A stretch of 64,000 nucleotides of DNA from the human T2T-CHM13v2.0 reference genome, Homo sapiens, in NCBI RefSeq assembly GCF_009914755.1, contig NC_060929.1; one strand, written 5' to 3'. A program made the translations under genes and the position numbers. This document shows, one piece after another, positions 15,101-26,705 of the stretch; within the stretch, counting starts at the first letter, position 1; each line of letters opens with the position of its first letter. The notes under the pieces are model-generated. The model was not told where the DNA came from. It worked only from the letters and a program-made list of their open reading frames with translations, and did no database searches.

Positions 15101-18100
15101 TTATTTTTCTTTCTTTATCCTGAGTGTAATTACTGTTTTTTAAAAAGAAAGAGCTGAAACTGTAGTAACTGGAGTTTTTTTTTTTTTTTTTTCCTTTTTA
15201 AACTCCTCAAACTACCTTCCCACAAAGCCATTTAAGTTAAATGGTACATTTACAGACTCACCTACATGAAGGATATAACTTAAAACATCTGCTTAGACAC
15301 ATACGTTCTGTTCAGATATAAAAAATGTGGCAAAAATTTTTAAAAATATAGGACCACTATATTCTTAAAATGTGTGTTCTTCTGTGTGTGTGTGTTCATT
15401 CATTCAAGAGATCTTTGACTGCAATTAGGTAGTCGGTCCTATAAAGGCTTCCTTGTGTGACGATAATTTCTAAAAGTAAAATGCTCCAGTGAATATTTCT
15501 GCTAAATAATCATATCTTAAAATTACTTTAAAGAAATTCCAATCCCTCATGTTACATTAAGCAATAATGCCAGTTTTCCATAATATGCCTTAGTTGTACC
15601 ACCTTATTCAGGGTCGACAATTAATTAGAAGACAAAAAGTATAAATCGCGTGTTTATTAAGTAGCAGACAAATTTCTTTGTCTGTCTCAACATATTTACA
15701 TTAATGTGTTTATTTTCTAATTTTGAAAATAAATAAGCATATTTAAGCCAAAGCTGCCTGTCTTCGGGGTTTGGGGAAGGATGCACATTCTCTTGCTATC
15801 CTTCTAACTTGCTGAAAGAATCACAGGTGTGAAAAAAAGACAGGCATAGTTCTTGGCTGATTTTTAAAAAAACACTTCACATTCTATCGAAGGACCATAT
15901 CCACTTCTTTTTTAATCCAATATGCTAGGAATCCATAGTATCTGAGAGCAATTTATATGAATTCTTCATGTGCATCTTATCTATGACAACAAGATAGAAG
16001 AGGAAAACCAGACCACCACGCTCATGATGCTATTTGGAAAAAGCAGGTTCTCAAAAGGGACTGATTCAAAGATCAGTTAGTTCCTCCAGCCTCTAAAAAC
16101 AAGTTTTGGGTACTTAATTTAAATCACTGCTTGAGGACTTGCACTGTCATTCTACATGAATCCCAACCACTTGCAGGAGGAACAACATTGCTCCATTCAT
16201 TTCAAATTTACAGCATTAAGAATTAATAAAGTCTTTATAATGTCTGCATTATTTAAGAGTAATGATTCCTGAAGAAATCTGCCTGTAATATGTTTACTGT
16301 TTTTATTGCTTGTAATGTCGTCAATTTCCTTTTCAATGCCCTCAAAAGATTCTCTTCATGTACTTTGAACTTTGTTTACATTGGCTGTATTTTAAAAATA
16401 TATACCAAGATTTAACTTGTACAATAAAATGACAATGTACAGCAAATGAATTATGGCGATGACAAATAAATGTTACTCATATCACCTAAAACTAAACCAT
16501 AAATTTGTATAACATGTATCACCTAATTTCCATATTTAATAGGAATATGATTTTTTGCAGTAAACATTAAAATAGTATCAAGGAGATGTGAGATAATAGT
16601 ATATTAAATAACCTTTTCTATAATCTTATTTTTACAATGGTATTCTTTGTCATAGAACATTCTTTAATTATTTTTCTTTCACAGACAAAAATAACAAAAG
16701 AACATCAATGCCATCTTCGTATTCTTAAAAGAGAGGGGTAAGGAATGAATGCTTCCAGCACCCTTTATTTTGTTATGCCTCAATATTGTCTGTAAAATAA
16801 CATGGTTACTAAAAAATTCTTGATTTGAGCAAGACCAAAATTATTACAGTGTACTTTACAGTTATTTCACGCATGAATGTTAAAACATACTGAAATTATA
16901 AAACTTTCATAGACTTTTTTTCAGTATTCAGTTTAAGATAGGTTGTCAATAAGAGCTACTTTAAAAAAAACTGACAATTTTCTTTGCTCACTAACTATAG
17001 GAGATCATTGCAAATTATTTTCTTTCTCATGCTGCTATTCACTTACGTACTGCATATTTGCTTCAATTCTCCAAGGGAAGAAATGTGGCTCTTGTGGGAA
17101 AGGTCCACCCCTTTCTACATGTTTGCTTCCTTGAACGAAAGGAACACACCCCCTTACATTCTTTGAAATGTGTCCAACAATTGTAATAGCACTGTATTAT
17201 TGACTAAATTAGAAAATCTTAAGTGATAGTCAAATATTGTTAATACACTGTGTATTTTGAGTCAGGAGAACTAAATGACACATATACAGAATGAAGTTCA
17301 ATCTAGTGTCTACACTTGGATGCTATAGAATGTTTGTGTTAGTAGAAGAAACTCATGAATGTTTTTGTGTACAGGTATGTTGTATGACACCTCAGGAAGA
17401 GGCCCATGAATGTTACAAGTTTTTGATGGCCTCCTTTCAATTTAAGACCCATTACAGGAATGACCCCTTTCTTTCATAAGTATATTGGATAAAAAACATT
17501 TAGAAACTTAGGAAGTAGAATCAGAGAGCTGTTTGAAATCACAAACATGCAAAAATATCACAGGTCTACGCTTACCATCCTAATGGCAGAAAACTCACAC
17601 CAAAGTTGGCACCCACTAACTTCTACCTCATTAAGGCAAGCTGCTGGTCATTGGATATTGTGTTCTAACACGACTTCCCTTTATGTAGAATAATATGTTT
17701 CCTTCCAAGGAAAGTTTTTCTTTTGTTGTTATTTTCTAATAAATATACTCCATATTTATAGAAAATTTTGCATTTATCTTTGATTTTATCTTTTCTAAAT
17801 AGTCTTTCTTTATTCCACTTTTACAAAGAAATTTTCAAGTGTAAAGACACAGCAGGAAAAAAAATTATATCTCTTTTAAGATATTTTAGTGTGTAAATGA
17901 AATGGATAGTCCTTGTGCAATTTATCAGGCATTTCAGAATGAACCCAACTGTATAATTCCCAGGCCTACAAAATGAAAGCTTTGTTATTTACCTATGTTT
18001 CTCACTTGAAATAAGAGTGAATATAAAGAGTGAATATATAACTGCAACTGAAGGTAATAAACTTGTTAAAACTTAGTAAGATATTGTGATGGTCAAAGAA

Positions 18101-21100
18101 AACCTGCAAGTGCGTGCCACAAATCCACTCAGATGAAACATCTCATTCACTAAAATTTTCTATCTTATTATAATAGTGCACAGAAAATTAAACACATAAA
18201 TATTAATTTTATGTATCACAGATGATGTAGGCAATGAAAATGCAATGTTTACATTTATGGGTGACTCATTAGTGTTTTATTGTGTGAAACACTAGGAGGC
18301 ATCAGTTGGGTAAAAAAGGACTTCAATTTTAGAAGAAGCAAAAAATTACTGTAAAGTTGGGTGTGTAAGAAGTTAAGATTTTCAAAATGTTATTATGTAA
18401 ACCAAAACTTTATTCTCTGAAATAAACTCTCAAAACATCATATTCTGTTGTAAAGAATGATCTTTATATAACATTCATGAAATATATATATTATATATAT
18501 ATAAAATTTGACCAATGAACTTTTATGAAGATATGTTTCAGATATATGGATTCATAACTATGTAATTACACATTTTTATGTAGAATATATTTGGTAACAG
18601 AATAACATAATGGATATTGACTATTATGCATTTTCTGCTGAATTACTCAATAACATGAGTGTATGTTTTATTTCTGGCAAATTCTGTTTTGTGCTCTTTA
18701 TAACGCCTCTGAAAATGTCTAATGCATTTAAGCCTTACAATACCTGCTTCATGTAAGCAGACAATTTAATGTTTGTTCATAAAGAAATGATGGAACTTAA
18801 AATTTACACAATGAAGACATACATAAAAAAGGACATGTTTTCTCTTACTTCACTACTGAAAGCCTGTCATTTGAAAACTGAATTTTCCATTGTTTGAATG
18901 GATCATAATGATGAAGCAACAGGGTCAAAGTATGCTTATCTAAGCAATCATTTGAAATTGAGTGTCTTGCCATTCCTCAACAATCAGCTTTTATCTTTGA
19001 CCTATCAAAATAACATGTGAACTATGTAATCTGCCTTTTGTAACGTGCATAGACTCTGTTGTTCCTGGTTTTGTGAATCACCTCTGTAATCTGGTTTGAT
19101 TTCCTAAAGGTGACAGATCTCGGTGAACAGTCAAGCTTTACTGAGTGCAAGACAGTCCACGCGCCTATAAGATTAAGGTACAGTGCTAAGGACGGGGATC
19201 TTAATTACCTGTCTTTCCACATGCAGCATACTGATGGAACAACAGTGATTAAATCATTTCATCGTGTCTAGGCAATCACCACATTAGTATAGAATGAATA
19301 CGTGTATTTTGATAAGTTTTAGATATTAATTTGTGTGGTATTTTCTCAGAGGATGTGCTTTTGAAAAAAAAGTGTAACTTTATTAATAATCTCTTAACAG
19401 TTCATCTTGTGACCATTAATTGCATATTAAATTCTTCTATGTTGCTTCGAATCATGTCCCCAAAGCCAGAATTCTGTTTAATAACTATGTCTTTGTTGTT
19501 ATGTAGCACAAGTATTGCTGCACAGCTATTTCCCCATTTTTGTCACTTTCTGAGATTTCATAGACTCAAATTATACCACACTTTAGAGTTGAGAAATAAA
19601 ACCACAAAATATACTACAATAAACAGAAGAAAGTTTTAAAAGATAATGTTAAGATATGCTAAGGAGTTATTCAGTGCTGTTCTTTACAAAAGAAGTTTAA
19701 ATAAAGTATTTATTAGAAAGATACGTTTGCAGTGTTATGGAATTTATTGATTCCGTTAAGTTAGGGCCAAGGAAAAAATTTCAGGTATCTTTTCCCCCAA
19801 ATTTTTCAAAATGAACATGTTTACAAAGAAGAAAAGAGGCAAAGTGCCTCTTGTTATCTAAGTTTCATGGAGTTATCTAGTATTAATGTGCTTCTCTCTT
19901 GAAAAGTTAATATCTGTGATTGCACACTTTTAAAATATGAATAGCTCAGAAAAGGTGGAAAACTGTTTTTATTATAAATTGCTCATTTGTTATTGAAATA
20001 AAAAACAAATTAACATTTAATAAAACTTACACTTTAATATTATCTTTCAATATATTCCACATGCACAGCAATCAGGACGTAAATGGTGCAATTAATGAAT
20101 GAAGTAAAATGCTGCCTTTCCTAAGAAGTCTGAAAAAAAGTCAAACATTCGAATGCTGTGTGAATTATATTAATAAAAATAGTAGGTTTTTATAAAATTT
20201 AGTAAAATTTGAAGTAAAGGTAACAGCCACCTACTGTCTCTTTGACGGGAGAACCAAATTTTAAGCAAATGTTATGTTTAAAGACTGTTTTGATGAAAAC
20301 TTTTAGAATTGAGTTAGTAGCAGAATACATAGCTAAATGTACTTTTCTACAAATAGAATGAGATATTTGATTTAAAATATTTCTTTCCTCTTGAAATAGG
20401 ATGTTAGATAGGGACATCTCATTTTACCTATCAAGTTCTGAGTCTTGCTTTAGAACTACTTCTTTTAACTTAATTTCATGCATACACTGGAAGACAATAA
20501 TATGGCTTTTTAACTGCATTATCTTTAGTTGAAACTGATGGAGAAACAAAAATACTGCTTATACCATATTGGTACATGCTGAATGTTTTTAAAGACTAGC
20601 CAAAACTGACATTTTTTAAAATTAAATAAGATGTTTTAGTTTCAAATTAGAGATTGTTGATCTATTTAAAGCTAAAATTGGTATGCAATACGAGGTTAAA
20701 CGGGGTTCACAGGTGGTCACATTTCCATGTCCTACCAAGTCTCTAGGGATTGGAGTTATTATACTCCACATAAACATCTTTACTCTGCAACCACAATTCC
20801 ATTGCAAGGTGCCAGTGAAAGTAGGCTAGTCGCTTTTTTTTTTTTTTGGACTGGTATAATGAGGTGGCTGGAGTTTCCTTTATAGCACTTAGAAATTATA
20901 TGCAGTCCCCAAGCATTTCATAAGACAGTTACTATTAGAGTTAGTTTCAGATTCACAATAGTAAAACGCACTTTGTGTCAAAGCAATTCTCCACTGAGGA
21001 CCGGTTAAGGAACTGGCAGAGAGCCCAATTCTACTTAGTCTACTGTCAGCATTTACATATAAAGTATTTTATACAAAAGACACGCATTCCTAAAATGTGA

Positions 21101-22062
21101 CAAAAAAAGGCTCTCCCCAAAGAATGATAACTACTGGACTTAGAATAGTCAGAAGTGATTCAGATATAAAATTTCCTTTAAAAAGCAATAGCCATGTTCA
21201 GGGAAGGAAGGTAACATTAGCATTAAATTTAAATACTTCCACAATATTTAATAATAAAATAAACAATGTGCCACATCTATATATACTTCCTTTGTGACAA
21301 ACTTTATCATCGAGTTTGGTAACTTTCATTCCAAGTCCAAAGAGAAGGCAATTTAAGTGACTTAACCTTGCTTGCTTTTAAACAGCTATGTATTTGACTT
21401 GACCTGAACAGCAATCCATATGCTGAAATCGAACGTGAATTGTGAAATGTGTAGACTACTATGGCAGGGATATTACTTTTTGTCCACACCAATTAAGAAG
21501 CCCTCTGTCAAGCCGGCACTTTGGTGAGGGAAGGAAATGCACAAAGGTATACTCTGACAGACAGCCATGCTTTAGGTCAAACTAATCCCAAGAATTAGTG
21601 GCTCAGAAGCATAACCCAGGGCAAATCAGTGTCTTTGGGGGGACTCATGGGAGCATCTTTCCACAGTGAACTAACTGCTAAATCTTAAGGCGTCTACTTC
21701 AAGGTCACAGAACATGCTGTGAAATATTAAAATCCACCAGGCTCCACACGCTCCACCATATCAAACATGCTAATGACGTGAACTAACTTCATGAAACTTT
21801 AAATACACTGGTGTGACAGGAACGAGTCAGGAGTGATTTCAATAGCTGATGGCAAACGGATACGACTATCTAAAAAGTTACTTTTAGCAACAAACAAGGA
21901 AATCATGGAATCTAACGAAAAAGAATGCACAACGAGCCTCAACTTCAGCCTTCAAAAAAGGCACAGGGATAGATAGACACAGTGCCGTGGAATATATTGA
22001 TGCAGATTTTAGAGACAATACCCGGGTTTTCTATTTCCTCGAGAAATATCAGGGGTACTTAC

Positions 22063-22570
22063 ATGAAGGAAGACCCGATCAGATTAGTCCTTGGGATATT
22101 TTCCTTTCTTAAGAGAGAGAGAGAGAGAAAAAAAAAATAACAACAATAATCTTTACTTCGTCCAGCGTTGAAGTGCTTCTCCACCTGATTCAAACATGCA
22201 GCCACGGCGACCCACACAGAACCTTCAAAGTCAATCCAATAGCAGCCCGAAGATGTCTGGGTGTACGCGTGTGCTCAAGTGTCTGTGACTGCGAGCAGAG
22301 CGAGCAGAGAGCTGGAGACGATGTGTGCGTGTGTGCGCGCGCGCGAGGGGAGCGCGCGCGAGGGGGGGGGGCGCGGGGCCGCGCATTCGCGCGCGCCGAG
22401 GCCGCTCGGAAGAGGAGGAGGAGGAGGAAGAAGGAGGAGGAAGAGAAGGAGGAGGAGGAGGAGGAGGAGAAAGTGGCTCTCAGCGGCCGGTCGGATTAAA
22501 AGTAACCAGACTCGTCCAGAAAACTGCGTCCAGGAAGGAAGTGACAGAAGACGAATGGGAAAAGGAGAAC
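22063..22570 (-). other. MEF2C: MEF2C main untranslated first exon (CpG-island promoter); 3' end exact, TSS diffuse (~22290-22570)
   Basis: The minus strand reads ...GCAGTCACAGACACTTGAGCACACGCGTACACCCAGAC...GGACTAATCTGATCGGGTCTTCCTTCAT|GTAAGT, which I recognise as the MEF2C 5'UTR. The canonical donor GT is at 22062-22061 and the exon lies inside a CpG island. Confidence 0.9.
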
Positions 22571-23680
22571 AGCTCACAGCGTTTGAAACATCGCGTAAAA
22601 AAGACTGGGGGTGGTGGGGGCGGGGGGGATTGAAGGATACTGGGAGGGGAGGCGGGGGTGGTAGGGAAGACGGAGCACGAATGGTTGGGGTTCTAAGCAG
22701 CACGTCCGATGAAATGTCTTTTGCCTCCTTTTTTCCCCCTTTATTTAATTTTGTCCTTGCCTTTGCTTCGCGCTGCCTTTTTCTCTCCGTCTCTCTCTCC
22801 CCCACAATCCCAAACCGTTGACTCTTTCCTCGCGAGCTGGAGAAATCATCAGTTTCACTCTTGCAAAAGGGGGGCGGGACTAGACCTCGGAGCATTTTAA
22901 TAAAACAAACATACAGCAGCTCCCTCCTCACCCCTCCAGTCTCAACTAGATTGATAAATTACTCCACTACACTACTTTAATTATGTATATGGTATGCAGA
23001 ATAAATCACTGAACATCAGTACCTCAATCAAGCACTTTTAAATGATAATTGCATCTTGGTGAATCAATCTTTCCATTCCTGACATTTTGCTAATTTTAGT
23101 TTTACGGTGGGGTAATAGCACATGCCATACGCAAACCTAATGACAATTCTTTATTGCACGAAATGAAGACAACACGGCGAGCTGCGGCTCCCTGCTCCTC
23201 TCGCGGCGCCTCTGCGGAGGACGCTCGGAGAGAACCTAGTCTCCCGCTGCGGCGCGCTCGCTTGCTCTCCGGGGACGCTGCGAGCCAGCCAGCAGGAAAG
23301 TCCTTCTAAAGTCGGGATCTTTCCTCTGACCAATAGGAGCGCGACCCTAATAGTTGCTCTTGTGACTTTTCCCCCTTTTGGACACGCGTTAGCCACTTCT
23401 CTCTTCCACCGGTCGGTGCGCTCCTCCGTTACTCACGCGTAAAAACCACGGTCCAGGATGTCTGCAGCACTCGATTCCAGCGTGCTTTTCCTGCACGCCC
23501 AGAAGTCGCGGTTTTCACCCTGAGAGGTTGGAGCGCTAGAAAGCGAGCCGAAAGGTTTCTCTAATGTTAGTAATGTACGAAATAATAAAATAATTACCAG
23601 TATTTGAGATCTCGACTTCATCGCGGGGCCATGAACTTTCTAATCAGTTTGGAAATATTTACCGAGGAAGCAGCTTCCTC
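22200..23680. promoter_or_regulatory. CpG island / bidirectional promoter of MEF2C and MEF2C-AS1 (two GC-rich lobes around an AT-rich gap at ~22940-23150)
   Basis: Dense CpG and GCGC runs against a CpG-poor background. ETS-like CAGGAAGGAAGTG at 22531-22543, GC box GGGGCGGGA near 22870, CCAAT at ~23330. Confidence 0.88.
22408..22473. repeat. 66-nt pure purine (GGA)n-like tract in the MEF2C promoter/5'UTR
   Basis: GGAAGAGGAGGAGGAGGAGGAAGAAGGAGG...GAGGAGAAAG, with no pyrimidine. Confidence 0.95.
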
Positions 23681-23719
23681 GGAGTTCCCCCCCTCCCCCC
23701 ACTCTATCTTTTCCACACC

Positions 23720-23870
23720 TTACTGGACTTCATCCAGGTCATTAACATGTAAACCAAACCAACTTCCCAAATGCATTAGGCTACCCTAGCCGATAGCTGA
23801 TGACTTCACTTATCCTGAAGAGTTTCAGCTGCACAGGAAGCAGAAATAGAGACTGATAAGGGAGGATACT
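23720..23870 (-). promoter_or_regulatory. MEF2C: Orthologue of the Mef2c anterior/second heart field enhancer (2 ISL1 + 2 GATA sites)
   Basis: ISL1-type YTAATG at 23740-23745 and 23774-23779 (minus: AGCCTAATGCATTTGGGAA...GGTTTACATGTTAATGACCTGGAT). GATA cores at 23791-23796 (CGATAG) and 23854-23859 (TGATAA). Order and flanks match the mouse enhancer as recalled; not aligned here. Confidence 0.72.
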
Positions 23871-25509
23871 TATGTTAAGGTTAAAGCATGATAAACACTT
23901 TTCCTTACAAAAAAAAAAAAAAAAGGCTTTAATATTTAGGCTACTAGAGATTGGGCACCTCCCGCCCTAACCAACTGTTAATATATACCATGCCCAATAA
24001 AGCCAAAGATAAAATACATCAACTAGTATAGAATCATGAAAAGACAAGATTGCATGCCAGTAGAATTATAGATTACATAAAATGTTTAAACCAAACTATT
24101 TTTTAAAAAATATTGTGAAAGCAAGAAGGGAAAATTAATAGAACATGGAATATATGAGATTAGACAATAGTATATTGAAATATCTAGCTAACTAAAGATT
24201 TCCTCACTTTAGAAAATTCCTTTTAGCACTACGTTTAACCCAATGACTAGTTGTATTTCCTGTTAAGTTCAGCAATATGCCTCCAGATGACTATTTTAAT
24301 ATATGAGGACAGTATGGTTCAAAAAGCCTCCTGCTTCAATGTAGGAGGTATTTGATGTGAGTAGCTTCTCTCAGAAGAGTGGCCTCAACATTTAGGCAAC
24401 GGTCCCAAGGCTTCACTTGAAAGGGGAAGGTTTATTTTATAGGCAAGTACAACTAGATCTGAACAATCTTCAAGTTCCAGCTCATCATTGTGACTATCAG
24501 CAAAACTAAGACCATTCCCTCCCTTTTATTATAGGAATGCATCACAAACTGTCACAAAGCAAAAACCATCTGAAATAGTAGTATTTCTTGCAGATTAGTA
24601 TTTACAATGTATTTTGTTTGCCGGTTTTTCAAATGTTGTTTGCCATTACCATGAATTCATTTTAATAATATGGCAGAGAACATCTGTATCAGGTTTCCAT
24701 TCAAAGTACAACTTCTCTGAAAATCCAAAAATTTAAAGGGCAAAGATATTTCGAATACTAAGATATGTCTATATATGGTGGTAAAAATAAAATTAATTTT
24801 CTTCAAGATTCACGAAGGTCCTGAAAAAGCAAAGCATTTGAAGGACCATCTAAGTTTATTGCCATAATACCTAAAATTAATGCAGTGAGTTACAACAGTC
24901 TATTTGACATGAGCAAACACATAGCCAATACATGAATTTCAGCCCTGCTGTTTTTAATGAATTATAGAGGGTATTTCTGTTTACCACAGTACACTTCAGT
25001 TTTAGATGTTCTTTCAAAAAGAAATTATTTTATTTTACCTTTTCATATTTTAAATAATTATTTAATAATACCCATTATAACAAACCCATAATTATTAATG
25101 ATACTGCAAGCATTCAAAAATAAGTATAACCCCACACTGGATAATTTGAAAATAATTTGGATCTGGAATGTATCACAGTTGGCCTTTTAAAATACAGGAT
25201 TTTCCCCTCAGCAGATTTAGCTTCTTAATTATGTGTGACCTAAGTTAATATTACCATTAGTTTTCTTCCCATGAGCCTTTACAGTTGAAGCAGAAGAGAT
25301 ATGAAGAAATATACATTAGAAAATCACCTGAGATTTAAAATTATTCATGAGTAATCCACAAAGTAGTTAATCCAGAGTGTGCTTTGTATTCTTTAAATAC
25401 TTCTGGACTTTTGGTTTCTGTTTCTGTTTTTGTTTTTTCTTTAAAATCATCCTGATCCTTGCCATCTAATGATACTTGGTTAGGATCAGACTATTTTCTC
25501 ATGTAGGGA

Positions 25510-25650
25510 GGAGCTTGTACTAGGTGTCAGGAGACCTGGATTCTCTATCTAGTTCAAAATTTGTGCCTTACTAAGGGATTTGTCCTTTCTAGGCTTCAGT
25601 TCGCTTATGTGTTAAATGAGTTCTGTAACCTATTCCAGTTCTATCATTGG
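25510..25650 (+). mobile_element. MIR/MIR3 fragment
   Basis: GGTGTCAGGAGACCTGGATTCT...CTTTCTAGGCTTCAGTTCGCTTATGTGTTAAATGAG. Confidence 0.55.
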
Positions 25651-26608
25651 AAAACAGAAAATGTTTCTACCCTTTAAACCAATTGGAAGGTAGGGTCTAT
25701 CCAGTTAAATAATAGGTGACAATTCCTTTAAAAGAAAATTATGTCTGGGATTGATGTACTACTGTACCAGCTTTTATTTTTTTCTAATCACCAAATATTT
25801 CTCCTACATTAAGTTGTAAATGCTTTATTGTTAATGTAAATATAGAGTCACTTGTTTTTCCCTCAAAAGAATTATGTTTAGCAATATATTTAATTAAAGT
25901 GTCATAGAAGTTACAGAGAGCATGCTCCTCGGGATTTTAACTCCAGGGAAAGCTAATATTGCAATTTCTGTTCAGAGCTGCATACCATCTTACTCCAACC
26001 TCCTCTCTTCACTACTTCCCTACATTAAAGCAGCGGTCCACTAAAGCCCTGTGCACTGGGTCTGCCTGCTTTTAAGCCTGGCCCACGCTGGGTGTAGCTC
26101 TTGAAGTGAGCTTTAAAAATTATTTTAAAGTGAACTGGGGCGGTTGCCACAGCAACCCACCCTGAGATGAAGAAAGGCTATAGATTAATGTACCCCTTAA
26201 GATTATTCAACTGTATAGTATTTGTTCCTCAGCCAGAATACTTTTAACACAAACATGATAAGTGAACATGGTGGTTTAGAAAAATCTAAAAAGCAGTGAA
26301 ACACAAATTCCAATAGCATTACATATTTTAATCTTTGTCTAATTATAGTATTGATGATACACAGGACTTCCCATGAAATAGATTAATTTTATAAGATACA
26401 GTACTTGCAAAAGTAGGCCCTGAAAGATGACATGATCTTTAAGCAAAATGATATGTCATTGCTTATAATATAAAGTGTATGGTGGTCATTTAACTCTTTA
26501 TTATTGTTATACACGTCTATTCTGTAAATACCTAAGGCCAAGGAGTTTGGCAGTTTTACCTTTATGGTAACTCTGTGGTAAATGATAAAAACAAATGTGA
26601 GCACTCAC

Positions 26609-26705
26609 CACATACACTTCTTTACTGCCACAATCATTTGCCTTCCGTTCTTTACTTCATCTCTTCATAGAAGTTACTTCACAGTTTGCAACTCTTCTTT
26701 GGCAC
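26609..26705 (-). other. MEF2C: MEF2C internal untranslated exon (97 nt) of transcripts from the distal/muscle promoter
   Basis: Minus-strand acceptor TTCCACATTTGAAG|GTGCC (AG at 26707-26706) and donor GTATGTG|GTGAGT (GT at 26608-26607). The sequence matches my recall of the 5'UTR of distal-promoter MEF2C variants. Confidence 0.8.

Noticed and set aside
18013-18038. 13-bp tandem duplication AAGAGTGAATATA x2 (similar short duplications at ~47268 and ~49877)
   Set aside because: Ordinary replication-slippage duplications.
22173-22931. Long ORFs (up to 218 aa) over the first CpG island
   Set aside because: They are low-complexity translations of GC-rich and GGA repeats, open in several frames on both strands, mostly with non-ATG starts. 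This is promoter/5'UTR sequence.
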